Shown: positions 1-12,201 of the stretch, piece by piece
Layout: each line of letters opens with the position of its first letter
Position numbering within the stretch: the stretch's first letter is position 1
Source of the DNA: Octopus sinensis
Taxonomy: Eukaryota
Length of the DNA: 64,000 nt
Direction: 5' to 3'
Assembly: GCF_006345805.1 (NCBI RefSeq)
Contig: NC_043013.1
Location: 19,406,001-19,470,000 of the forward strand
Made by a program: the position numbers and the translations under genes
Notes under the pieces: model-generated
Told to the model about the DNA's origin: nothing
What the model saw: the letters and a program-made list of their open reading frames with translations, nothing else
Database searches by the model: none

Positions 1-476
1 ATTCTTGGATCTTATATTTATATACATATATGTGTGTGTTTATGTGTATATATGTGTGTGTATGTGTTTATATGTGAGTTTATATATGCGTGTGTGTATA
101 TATGTGTGTGTGTGTATATACATGTGTGAGCGTGTATGTGTGCAGATGAGTGTGTGTGTGAATGTCAGTGCTTGGTAAGTTGTGACACTTGTTAAAATGT
201 TTCTTGTTGAGTGCTCCCAGTTATATTATATTGTGGTACCTACTTACAGCTAGATAGACTGGACTCTTGACAGTTAACTCACTTGGTCGTATACACACTG
301 TCACAAACTCAACCACACCGTGGTTCCTACATACAGCTATGTAGCCTGAAATTAAGGTGTCTTTGTCAAGGACTCTTTGCAGAGAACTATGATATAGTGT
401 GGTACCAACATAAAACTAAATAGGATGGACTGTTTACAGTTAAGTGTCTTGATCATGGATAAAATACAGGGAACTA

Positions 477-705
477 CAGTAATCCCTCGACTATCGCAGG
501 TGTTACGTTCCAAAACACCCCGCGATAGATGAAAATCCGCGAACTAGAAACAGTACTGTACCGTATATATTTTTAAAAATTATTTTTATAATTTTTATAT
601 ATTCATTTTATTGTGAATACAAAACAACACCACGAAGGAAGGAGTCGAGGTAAGCTTAAATAATAAACTGCGATAAGCGAACCGTAATATGGCGAAGAAT
701 TACTG
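477..705. mobile_element. Tigger/pogo-like MITE (229 bp)
   Basis: Imperfect TIRs CAGTAATCCCTCGACTATCGCAGG / CCGTAATATGGCGAAGAATTACTG, TA on both sides (475-476, 706-707); CAGTAATCCCTCG is a Tigger-type terminus. Confidence 0.8.
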
Positions 706-888
706 TATATCAATCTGTGGTGTCTACGCACAGCTAGGTAAACTAGGCAGTTGACAGTTAGATGATTTGCTCAGGGTCAGCACTATGGAATCTACAGTTA
801 GGTAAACTTTAATATATATTAAGTAATTCTATTGATAAATAAATGGAAAACTTTGATCCAACGAACTTATCTAAACAATTGTTATATA

Positions 889-1254
889 TCTCTATATATA
901 TAAACGGCAAAATGTCTGTCTGTGTGCGTGTCCTTTATACAAATCCACAATTCTTCAGGTAGAGGACTCGCATTTTCTATGGTCATTCAAAACCGTCCAA
1001 GGGTGGTCGTGCACATCTTTACATTCCCCGGTCACCCCGCAAAGCCATTAAAAATCAATAGAAGTGACTTTTTTGTGAATTTTCTATCCAAAACCCAATC
1101 AATATGCCCGAAACTTGATACGCCAATTGAATGCCAGCTAGCTGTATGGGATTGGTCAGAGATTTGGACAGTACTCGCATGTATGTGCCCACTCACGCAG
1201 CTGTATATGCATGCACTAGCACTATGACCCGGCTTTTTCGGGTCATAGTGCTAG
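889..1254 (+). mobile_element. Non-autonomous Helitron
   Basis: A|TCTCTATATATATAAACGGC 5' end, 3' hairpin ending CTAG|T, no TSD; 5' end shared with 26152-26536. Confidence 0.75.
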
Positions 1255-1689
1255 TCTAATATAAACTACAAACAAAGAGAGCTCTACATACTATATACGC
1301 ATAGATTAGTGATACCTATATGTACATAGTAAACTCTTTTCTATATAGAGTATACATTATTTGGAATTTGACGATTTTTTATGTCTCCTTTCTTCAGGAG
1401 AAGCTTGATGAATTGGTGAACAGCCAATAGCGTTGGACAGCATAAAGATTAAAGTTTATAGCTGAAAAGAATTTGGCTAAGGTTGAAGCAATCTGGATAT
1501 TGGAAAAGAGTTACTTGTAACATGATAATTTGCGCCGGGTGTCAAAACGCCGACATCATGACTAAGGCTCAATGCTCCGTAAATACCATATGACCAGTTG
1601 CAATGGAGAATACAAAGCTGTGATCAGCAGAAATGAACACGGCAAGAGTTCTGACTAAGTCCATACGCTGGAATTCATCGACACGTATT

Positions 1690-2090
1690 TCAATAGGGCC
1701 TTAGGCTCAATTTACACGGCTGTGTGAATCTGCTGCAGACTGTGGCCAATCCCTGGCTGGCGAGACTTGATGCTGGAAGCGGAAACCTATGTGTAGCAAT
1801 AGGATGCGTTTCTCTGCCATACTTCCGGAAAGAGTCAGCAGTTTTTGTCAGAGAATTCCTTCAACCCAAATTCTGGCCTCCTAATTCCAACGATTTTAAT
1901 CCAGTGGGTTACTAAGTGTGAGGTGCCGTTCTACAAGGCACCAAGAGCTTTGCTTGCATCACCAATGTCGGACTGGTGGTCAAGATCGAGGAGATGCTCG
2001 AAAATCTTTCTAGAGATACAGTGAGGAGCGTATGCGCCAGACGCTGGAGCCGTGTTGAGGCCTTGGTGGCGGCTCAGGTGGGTTACTAAT
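1690..2090 (+). pseudogene. Tc1/mariner-superfamily (maT/DD37D-like) transposase relic, C-terminal half
   Basis: Frameshifted and stop-containing segments LLQTVANPWL, YV*Q*DAFLCHTSGKSQQFLSEN, FWPPNSNDFNPVGY*V*GAV, RDTVRSVCARRWSRVEALV resemble QQDxAPCH and WPPNSPDLNPLDY motifs. Confidence 0.75.
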
Positions 2091-2100
2091 CTCAATAATC

Positions 2101-2337
2101 TACTCTTTTATTCTTTTACTCTTTTACTTGTTTCAGTCATTTGACTGGGGCCATGCTGGAGCACCACCTTTAGTCGAGAAAATCGACCCCATGACTTATT
2201 CTTTGTAAGCCTAGTACTTATTCTATCGGTCTCCTTTGCCGAACCGCTAAGTTACGGGGACTTAAATATACCAGCATCGGTTGCCAAGCGATGTTGGGGG
2301 GACAAACACAGACACACAAAAATACACGCACACACAC

Positions 2338-2398
<61 letters not shown>

Positions 2399-2554
2399 AC
2401 GGTCTTCTTTCAGTTTCCATCTACCAAATCCACTCACAGGGCTTTGGTCGGCCCGAGGCCATAGCAGAAGCCACTTGCCCAAGGTGACACGCAGTGGGAC
2501 TGAATCCGGAACCATGTGGTTGGTAAGCAAGCTACTTACCACACAGCCACTCCT
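2101..2554 (-). mobile_element. tRNA-derived SINE, family B, full length
   Basis: Minus-strand head GGAGTGGCTGTGTGGTAAG...GGTTCCGGATTCAGTCCC, CCTTGGGCAAGT core-like motif, internal (TA)n/(TG)n, tail GACTGAAACAAGTAAAAGAGTAAAAGA; multiple homologues in the window. Confidence 0.85.
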
Positions 2555-2797
2555 TTTGGAAGTGATATTGTGTATTCTTTTCCTTTTATGAAAAATATCA
2601 ATCTTTGTTCGAACACACTGTATGGTACATCGATCTGACCTATATTTTGTATGTGTGTGTATGCGCGTATATATATATATATTTAAAAAATAGGATAAAA
2701 TCTTAATAAGAAATTATCAAGTAGTTAGCGTGAAAAACCTCATAAGAGAAAAAATCTGTAAATTTTTTCACTTGGAAATATTTATTTATATTATATA

Positions 2798-3168
2798 GAG
2801 GGCATTATTACACATAAATGCCGCACGCTAGGAGGGACTTTTAAAGTCATAACTACCAAATATAAACAAATCGTACCGAATACAATTCTCGAAGCGAGTA
2901 ATTTAAAAACAGAATTTAGCTCCAGATCACCTGTGATTTCGCAATCAACGCAGTATCCGCGTCCCTTGCTCTTCAATGAAGCGAACTCAAGATATATCAT
3001 GAATAAACAAAATCAACATACCAGATAGACAACCGTCGCCTCCATCGTAGCATATGGAACTGTTCACCCCTCATACATCTATGTAAATGGCGGGCTTTTT
3101 CGAATTGCATTTCGGTAACAACGTGCTTCTTCGGAACAAATTAAAAAAATATGTGTAATAATGCCCTC
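2798..3168. mobile_element. MITE with perfect 19-bp TIRs (Sola2-like or TA-targeting)
   Basis: GAGGGCATTATTACACATA (2798-2816) and TATGTGTAATAATGCCCTC (3150-3168), flanked by TATA on both sides. Confidence 0.75.
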
Positions 3169-3184
3169 TATATAATATATATAT

Positions 3185-3218
<34 letters not shown>

Positions 3219-3520
3219 CATACATGGTGGCTGCCCCCTCGTTATCGAGTATGACCATTGCACGAAGCTTAATCAATGATGTTATCGTGCAATGCCTGTG
3301 CAAGAAGATATGTTTTAAAGTGAGGAAAGGCTGTGCACTGAGCCAATGCCACTCACTAAGCAACAGCAGCATAATCCGAAAAGAAGAACAAATCAACATC
3401 ATCGGTAACCGCTGAGCTGCAGGTTTTATGTCGGAGTTATCTCAGTTACCTGAGTTACCTTCTCCTAGAAGGATGCCATAACAAGGCTAGGAGTCCTTCA
3501 CTCCTAATGGTTTAACCGAC

Positions 3521-3586
<66 letters not shown>

Positions 3587-3633
3587 GTACATACATCTCT
3601 CTCATATAGTGTATATCATATGTGTGTATGCGC

Positions 3634-3674
<41 letters not shown>

Positions 3675-4439
3675 AGTAGTAGAATGAATTATCTTGTTAT
3701 GGATAATTCGGTTAACCGATACCTGGGTAGCAAATTCACATCAGAGAAGACACGTTTGAAGTTACGTGCTTTCGTGTGGAAATTTGTATATTATTTTTAA
3801 AAATATAAATATATGAAAGAATGGAGTTGAACGACGAATTAACAAAATTCCTTTATTTTCGACATATGTTTCGAAGGCTGCATATTCCTAATTGCGAAGG
3901 AATAAGGAATATTTATATATATATATATATATGTACATACATCCCTCTCATATAGTGTATATCATATGTGGACCTCTCCTATGTATTGTATACCTCCTAC
4001 ATTCACTATATAGTATATAGATCTTTCCTACATCTTGTAAATAGTATGCAGATCTTTGTTATAGAGTGGATGATTTATATGTCTTATTGTTCATATCCTG
4101 AAATGTCTGTCCTTGTGTAATGTTTACCTCTATCCAATATGGTGGCTTACGAAGTCTGATTTTGTCTTTTGTCTGTAAATTTCTCAGTGAAATCAGCTAA
4201 GAAAAATCCTAGTCACACAGTCACATGAAAGACGGCTTCACAGTATTTTAGTCACACTTCACTAACAGCAGCCACTGCAGTAATTAAACTAAAACTACAT
4301 CTCAAATGTCACAGCGAGATTCGATCGTGTTACTGGCAGACCAGAAAATATGATATTAATCACAGCAAGGTGGCGCTTATTTAATGCCTGTTGATTGTTA
4401 TGAAATCCGGTGAACTGTCTTAGGTTATCTTATCTGATG

Positions 4440-4492
4440 TTACTGCTGCCGCAACTGCTGCTGCTGCTACTACTACTACTACTACTACTACA

Positions 4493-4545
<53 letters not shown>

Positions 4546-4546
4546 A

Positions 4547-4578
<32 letters not shown>

Positions 4579-4652
4579 TACTACCACCACCAGCACAACC
4601 ACCACCACCACCACCACCACCACTACTACTACTACTACTATCACCACCACCA

Positions 4653-4698
<46 letters not shown>

Positions 4699-4800
4699 CA
4701 CAACCACCACTACCACCACCACCACTACTACTACTATCACCACCACCACCACCACCACCACCACCACCACTACTACTACTACTACTACACTACTACTACT
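4440..4800. repeat. Compound (CTG)/(CTA)n/(CCA)n microsatellite
   Basis: Direct reading; explains the poly-L and poly-V ORFs. Confidence 0.95.
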
Positions 4801-4961
4801 ACTCGCAATACCAGAGGGCGCACACTCTCCTACCCTGATGTAATCTCCAGGGATACAGGCATCCAGCAACAGGACCTAAGTAATGCCATGATGGACCGTG
4901 AAGTCTGGCGTAGCATGGTAAATTCCATTGTCTCGACCACGGTCGAACAATGATGATGATG

Positions 4962-4962
<1 letters not shown>
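4801..4962 (+). mobile_element. RTE-clade LINE 3' end with (TGA)n tail
   Basis: Reads TRNTRGRTLSYPDVISRDTGIQQQDLSNAMMDREVWRSMVNSIVSTTVEQ* (RTE-type C-terminus, DRxxWR motif), then TGATGATGATGA. Confidence 0.7.
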
Positions 4963-4998
<36 letters not shown>

Positions 4999-5025
4999 GG
5001 TGATGGTGCTGATATAATTTTAAAA

Positions 5026-5190
5026 TTGTAGTTTAGCCCCCAAGTCAGGCTTGATCGAGTAGATCATGATCGAGATGAGCAATATACTAGTGGTGACCAA
5101 CACATCATTTGCTTTTTATTCAGAGATAATACATCATGGAAAACTGAATGTACTAAATCGTCTTTTCTTCTCTTTTTAGTCTACAGAATT
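5026..5190 (-). mobile_element. Old SINE-like repeat, family E (fragment)
   Basis: TTGTAGTTTAGCCCCCAAGTCAGGCTTGATCGAGTAGA matches the reverse of 7490-7530 and the copies at 57240 and 58660. Confidence 0.5.
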
Positions 5191-5364
5191 CTGTATGATA
5201 GGAATTGGATGTTACTTTTTAGTAAGTCAGACAAACACACTGATGTTCTCCTAAAATTCAAAAAGTGATAATTACTTTTAACTTCATTTCATGAACGTCC
5301 AAATTTATGTGGAAGAAGAGCTACTGTCGATTTAATCGAGCCCAATATATAACTGGTATTTATT

Positions 5365-6088
5365 TGGTATGGTCATGTGGCGAGAATGGATGAAGATAGG
5401 TGTGTGAGAAAGTGCCAATCCCTAACAGTTGAGGGAACCCGTGGAAGAGGTAGACTCAGGGAAACCTGGGACGAGGTGGTGAAGCACGACCTTCGAACTT
5501 TAGGCCTCACTGAGGAAATGACCAGCGACCGAGACCTTTGGAAATATGCTGTACGTGAGAAGACCAGGCAGGTCAAGTGAGCCCAGCCCACTTATGCATG
5601 CCTTCCCTCCCTTGGACACAAAGACCTGTTGAGGCAAGCGAAGTCGATATAGAACCTCATCCGACGACAGGCACCCATGCCAACCCCCTTTGCTTGCGAA
5701 GACATGTTGGGGCAAGCGAAATCGAAATCGAATTGAACCAGCCAGGATCCCTGGTCTGGTGGTACGTAAAAAGCACTATCCGACTCGTGGCCGATGCCAG
5801 CGCCGCCTCGACTGGCCTCCATGCCGGTGGAACGTAAAATACACCAATCCGACCGTGGCCGTTGCCAGCCTCGCCTGGCACCTGTGCAGGTGGCACGTAA
5901 AAAGCACTCACTACACTCACGGAGTGGTTGGCGTTAGGAAGGGCATCCAGCTGTAGAAACATGGCCAGATAAGACTGGAGCCTGGTGCAGCCTTCTGGCT
6001 TCCCAGATCCCCGGTCGAACCGTCCAACCCATGCTAGCATGGAGAACGGACGTTAAACGATGATGATGATGATGATGATGATGATGAT
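5365..6088 (+). mobile_element. RTE-clade LINE, 5'-truncated (ORF C-terminus, 3' UTR and (GAT)n tail)
   Basis: WYGHVARMDEDRCVRKCQSLTVEGTRGRGRLRETWDEVVKHDL...DRDLWKYAV (stop at 5580) is a typical RTE C-terminus; GC-richer UTR ends CGTTAAAC(GAT)n. Confidence 0.9.
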
Positions 6089-7169
6089 CTCAGGAACATG
6101 AAAGATAGTGACCTCAACAGGGTTTGAACTAAGTTAAAAAAACAGAAGAGACAAAATTAAGTTGAATATTCGAGAGGTTTTACTCTGTTGCTCTACAGAT
6201 TCAGCGATTCTTCTCCCTTCGAGAGGATATCATATACAATGCTAATCCGTGGTAGACCGACGGATTAAAATGAAATGCAACAATGTAATAATTAGCTATT
6301 TCCCTTTAGATTTAAATCTTACCAGAATTGATTAAAAGGCCAAAGACCCAAACGCCATATGTGTGTGTGTGTGCATGCACGCGCGTATGTATATATATAT
6401 AAAGATATATATATATATATACACACACATACACACATATATATATACACACACATACATATCATTCAACCACGGTAGTGGTTGAATATATTCTTAAGTC
6501 CACCATTTCGTCGTTCGCAGCAGATTCCAAGCTTCACCACTAATTTAGTTCTCAACTAAATTATAATTACAAACTGTTAATAGTTTTAAAGAGGACACCT
6601 CCTCAGCTACACTTTGGCATCAATAGTTTGAAATTTGGTTCAGTAGAAAAAAAAGTTACATCAAAATATATCAGACCTTGGACAGTAAGGCAGATATTCA
6701 TCTTCAATTAACATTTTTTTTTTAAATTTTAAGTTAAACGTATACTTTTCTTAGATTTAAATGATAGAAAAATGCATGAGGAATTCAGGATCGTTAGTCG
6801 CATTAAACAAAAGTTAGTAGAAAAACAGTTATGAGGTAAAATATTACGAAATTTTATGTCAGCAAGTTAGGCAGTAAGAAGTAACGTTTAAGCAATAAGA
6901 TAAAGTATATATTTCTAAAATGAAGACTTATTTTCTGAGGTGACACACTGGCAGAAATGTTAACGCGCAGGGCGTAATGGTTACCGGTATTTCGTTTGTC
7001 TTTACGTTTCGAGTTCAAATTCAGCCGAGCTAAACTTTGACGTAAAGATTATTTAATTAACTTTTTTTTAACTAAACGCTTTCAAGCTCCCGATACTGGT
7101 AGAATGTATCCCTTAGAATGTGTCACATAACGTTTTTGACAAAATTTTGTATTTTAGAAGTTATTTCGT

Positions 7170-7252
7170 CAGAAGTTACAGAGTGACAATGGACAAATTC
7201 GTGCTTGATAAGTGCCAATGCACGAAATTTTTGACTTACTTTGTAACTTCTG
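7170..7252. repeat. Palindromic hairpin element, centrally deleted copy
   Basis: Arms CAGAAGTTACAGAGTG...TTCGTGC / GCACGAAA...CTTTGTAACTTCTG; shares TGATAAGTGCCAATGCACGAAA with 51370-51493. Confidence 0.65.
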
Positions 7253-7339
7253 CCGATGATATATATATATATATATATCCTTAAATCCTTAAATATATAC
7301 ATATTTCATATATGTGTAAAAAAAAATCTCATCACGCAA

Positions 7340-7530
7340 TCGAACCAATCAAAGAGAATCTATCTAGTCGCTCGACACGCTAAAAATAGCAACCAAAGTA
7401 TCCCCCTACTTAAATCACACGCCCATTGTATGATATGTCCTAGATTATCCTTAAAAAGACAGTTTGCTGAAGGCTGGAATGTCTTTGATGACAGGTTTGC
7501 AGTATCAGGGTTGATCTGAGGCTAAATACA
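7340..7530 (+). mobile_element. Old SINE-like repeat, family E
   Basis: TCGCTCGAC..GCTA.AAATAGCA..CAAA...AAATCACAC head and GGGTTGATCTGAGGCTAAA end; homologous to other copies in the window. Confidence 0.5.
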
Positions 7531-7940
7531 AACATTATAGTAAATTTCTATATTAACTCCCGCACGGTTTTCGCTGAGAAAAAGAATACAAATTTGATTT
7601 TTTGCGTGGAATCAAGTACACTGACCTCCTAATATGCTTCAAATCCCTCATTTTGGTTCGGAAAAAAATTAGGTGTGTGTGTTGTTTGTAACTTTTGGTG
7701 AGCCATGGTGCAACTAACAACACGGTAAAAATTTGCCATTAATTTGGTGTTGATGGGTAATATCAAATAATTCAATCCCAACATATATTTAAATTAAAAA
7801 TGAAAAAAATGAAATATTATCACTTACATGGAAAAACTGAAATATTATCTTTCAGTATCTTATAAGGTAAACTCTTAAATTATTAATTGACACATTGTTA
7901 ATTATCTTATAAGAGCAGTGCCCGGAAAAATCATGGATTA

Positions 7941-8434
7941 CATGGAAAAATGCGAGCATGAAAAGTAATATTCTGAAGATTATAAAGCTGGAAAAGTACA
8001 GGACAAGTAATTACACTTGTAAAAGTATAGGATAAGCTATTATTTCTAGTAATGTAAAGAATAAGATATTTTTTACTAAAAACATTGCAGCTAAAATTAA
8101 AATTTGAATAATAAAACTTATTTTATTATAGTTTACAAATAACACTTACTTATTTAAGTAGAATTTGGCTAATTTACTATCTTAAATACAGAAAAAAGTG
8201 ACTAATTAGACAAACTTACCGATTAGCTGAACAGTTTTGTAAAATAAATTTAAAAGTTGAGAACTGTAAAGGGTGATAAATTAGAAGAACTGGCATTCTT
8301 TGCTGCAATAGTTTAAGTAAAAACTTTCTTATTCTTTACTGGAAGTAATAGCTTGTCCTATACGTTCACAGGTGTAATATCTTTCCAGGTATATAATCTT
8401 AATTATATTGCTTTTCATGCTCTCATTCTCCATG
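7941..8434. mobile_element. Foldback/MITE with ~150-bp imperfect TIRs
   Basis: 7937-8091 is an imperfect reverse complement of 8302-8438; termini TA|CATGG...CCATG|TA. Confidence 0.7.
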
Positions 8435-8621
8435 TAATATATATATGTTTATTTAATGTTTATTTAATTTATTGATTTTTAAAAAATAATATTTATTATA
8501 ATATATTTAACTTTTTTCTATTTAATATGGATATCTTTCATTATTGACTTGCTTAATAAATGTTATTTCTCTTAATTATATACATATAAACACATGTATA
8601 TACAAATTATATACATATAAA

Positions 8622-8974
8622 CACATGGTTCCGAGTTCAGTCCCACTGCGTGGCACCTCCGGCAAGTGTCTTTTACTATAGCATCGGATCGATCAAAACC
8701 TCGGGAGTGGATTTGGCAGACGGAAACTGAAAACTGCCCATCGTGTACACACACACACACGTTTATGTATGTGTGCGTGTATTTATTCCTCGCCATCGCT
8801 TGAAAACCGGTGTTGGTGTGTCTACGTCCCTGTAACTTAGCGGCTCGACAAAACCTAACGATAAAATCAGAACTAGGTTTTAAAAATAAGTACTAGGGTC
8901 AATTCATTCGGCTAAAAATGGTAGTGCTCCAGCATGGCCGCAGTCTAATGACTGAAACAAATAAAAGAATAAGA
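8622..8974 (+). mobile_element. SINE family B (head partly lost)
   Basis: CATGGTTCCGAGTTCAGTCCCACTGCGTGGCACC...CCAGCATGGCCGCAGTCTAATGACTGAAACAAATAAAAGA. Confidence 0.8.
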
Positions 8975-9229
8975 GAACACATTGTGAGGATAATGAGTTC
9001 TCATCTTTTTCGTTGACATTAGTGAATAAGGTACGTAACGATGCTGATTAAAACTCTTGTAGATGTAAATATTTCAAATATACACGATAAAGAGATCTAG
9101 TTCCGATCTAGGATGTTATTTATGTATGTAGGTCCAGTAGTAATACTCTTGATGACGAGTATTGAAACCGACCGAAATGCAATGTAGATATCACAGTTTT
9201 TGAAAACAACTTGCAGCTGCAAGTGCTAC

Positions 9230-9510
9230 CAGTTGAAAGCTCCTCATATCGGATGCTAGCAAGTTTGTGGGGTCATCAGAAGAGAATGCACACCATTCCG
9301 GGCCCTTCCTTTCGACGGTGTTATTGCACAACGGCCCACTCCCTCACTGAGATGAAGCCTCGCTTGATAGATCAGCTGGTTACTAGGTTTCCCTCAATAT
9401 TCTTCTCACCATTGCTCATCGTCTCTATTTAACCAAATCCAGTTGCTTGCCTCCTTCTTCACTACAGTCTGGATATCATTCATGATGGTATTTGCTTTAT
9501 GATGAGTTAA
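9230..9510 (-). pseudogene. Possible LINE C-terminal relic
   Basis: Minus frame IMNDIQTVVKKEASNWIWLNRDDEQW resembles the AExASxWLWxKR end of REL-type LINE ORFs. Confidence 0.35.
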
Positions 9511-10429
9511 GCCTGGCAACAACAGCAACAATGAGCCCTCTACATCCAGCTTTAAAGACAACCAGTTCTTATCTATTCTGGTAAAGCGTTTATATCCAAG
9601 AATAAGACATCTGATGTCGAGTAGAGACCAAAACGATCAAAGCTTATTTTAGATGTAAATATTTGTTTATATTTTGTCAGCTCTACAGACGAGAATAAAC
9701 GTTGGTAAAGTTCAAAATTCTAACTAGTCACTAAACGGTGTTGTGGGTCGGTATTTCATTTTCAGCTTAGACATGTCTGAAACACAAGGAATGTTGATCT
9801 ATTGTGATGATATGTAGTAATCTGATAGGACATCGCTCAGGTGACTCGGTAAGTTTTACAACTTGATCCGAAATGGAAGGCAAAGAAGAAGCAAACAAAA
9901 ATGAAACAAGTATCTAAAAATATATTTCAGATTATATTTAGTTTGGCTTAGTCTTATTCTATTTATTGTTGTTGTTGTTTTTAGTGGTGGTAGTAGTGGT
10001 AATGGTGATGGTGCTGGTGGTGATGGTGTTGGTGTTGATGGTGTTGGTGGAGATGGCATTGGTGATGTTGGTGTCGGTGGTGGTGAAGTTTAGTGTCAGA
10101 CACGATAACAACACCCTCAACAACTATGGTGCAACTACGGTCAAAGGCGTTCCAGCTGTGACTAACACACCGTATATTCGCGTGCAGTGTATCCAACACC
10201 GCATTATTTACTGCATACCTGATCAGATCATCGGAAGAGATGCTACGCGGTATTTTCTTCCGACCTTCTACCCACTGACTTCAAATCCCGCCGAGGTTAA
10301 TTCTGTTTTCTTTCTTTCGGATTTGATAAAATAAAGAAAACGTCAAATACTAGGATCGATATCATCGATTAACCCCTCCCCCCTTTCAAAACTGCTGTCC
10401 ATGTGGCAAAATAAAAAAAAAGATATTGA

Positions 10430-10635
<206 letters not shown>

Positions 10636-11077
10636 ATATATAAGAGCGTTGTAGTTCGCTTCAAGCATTGTAATATCGAAGAAGGGGGAAAAAAAGAGAG
10701 AAGATAGAAAGCTTATGACGACGCAGAAAATTTTATAAAGCCTCTATATTTCTGGCTGAGAAATGTCTAGTTATGCAGGTTCGGTTAACAGAACCTGCAT
10801 AATTAGAAATTTCCCAAACAGGTTTTCTTCTGAAGAAGGGCCTTTGCGCCTGAAATATAAAGGTTTGTGAAACTTTACGCATTGTCAGAAGCTTTCAATT
10901 TTCTCTCTTTTTTACCTTCTTCACACACACACAGACACACACACACGCACGTATGTATATATATATATATATATATATATGAGTGTGTGTGTGTGTGGTG
11001 TGTGTGTGTGTGTGTGTGTGAAGAAGGTAAAAAAGAGAGGAAATTGAAAGATTCTGACAAGATTCTACAAACGCACG

Positions 11078-11134
<57 letters not shown>

Positions 11135-12201
11135 CTTTGTGTCTGTGTTTGTCGAATTGTTCTGAGATTGATTTGTTCGACTCAAAGATGGCTGCAGTCA
11201 AATGTAAGAAGTAAAGTAAAACAAAAAATAAAAGAGCTGATCTTTTAAACTCTGAGTTTCCATGTTCAGTTTTCGGAGCACTGCTTTAGAAAGACATGAA
11301 CTCCACAACACTACACCCACCCCTTCTCTTAAGATACAGGTCCTTTTTCTCTAATGTAAAGAAGATAATATTTTTGGTGAACACTCAATGTGACTAACAG
11401 ACTGTGGGCGACTTTAAGGTTGGCATTATTGACGGAACGGAGAACCGAAAAATAAATAAATAAATTTATAAAAACATAAGAATAAAAACGGAAATACATA
11501 ATAAAATAAAGTATAGAAATTATTTCTGATAGAATATATCGAGTTGGTTTCGTATTCAAAATTACAAAAGAATATTTTAAAGAATATATTGCTAGCGATA
11601 TTATGGAAATTCCAAATATATAATTCTTCAGCTACTGAATAAATCTAAATATATTTCGTCGCCAAAAAAAAAAAAAAAAAAAAAAGGAAGTAAAGAAAGA
11701 AAAGAAGAATGAATGAAATGAAATAAAATAGAAATGATAAGATAACCAATTCGAAAGTATTACAATTTTATGATATTACGGTCAATATGAAAACTAAAAT
11801 GTAAAATGAAATGGAATAAAATAAATTCAATAAAAATATTATTAAAAGAAAAATCACGAAATGAAATCTTGTAAACGAGAATAAAATCAATAAGTAAGAG
11901 GACTGTGGAAGCAAACGTTAAGACAATTGGGGTGGGTGGCTTATGGCTAGGAGATAAAATTTCGGTAAACTGATCTATTTGTACGGTTTCGATTCTCAGC
12001 TGCAACGAGCTTAATTTATTTTTTTTCTTTTAAACTTTATTCAGTTATTGTTTTAGCTTTGATGTTCCACATTTTGCCAATTTCTATTTCAAGATTTTTA
12101 TACTTGCTCAGTTTTTTGTAGGTCTTGACAGATACGTTTATATCAATTGGGACAGTCATATCAATGGGGAGGTATGATTTTTGTCTGAAGTCTTTCAATA
12201 T

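Noticed and set aside
232-808. Repeat-spacer pattern as a CRISPR array
   Set aside because: Repeats are highly degenerate, the context is eukaryotic and there are no cas genes.
1398-1430. Possible terminal exon EKLDELVNSQ* after a strong acceptor
   Set aside because: Too short, with no upstream coding exon or homology to support it.
9766-9848. AG...GTAAGT-bounded candidate exon
   Set aside because: All three frames contain stops; there is no evidence beyond the splice motifs.
10830-10860. CTGAAGA...GAAA hammerhead-like motif next to a 12-bp hairpin (10771-10802)
   Set aside because: Stem II is plausible, but no stem III or NUH triplet can form.
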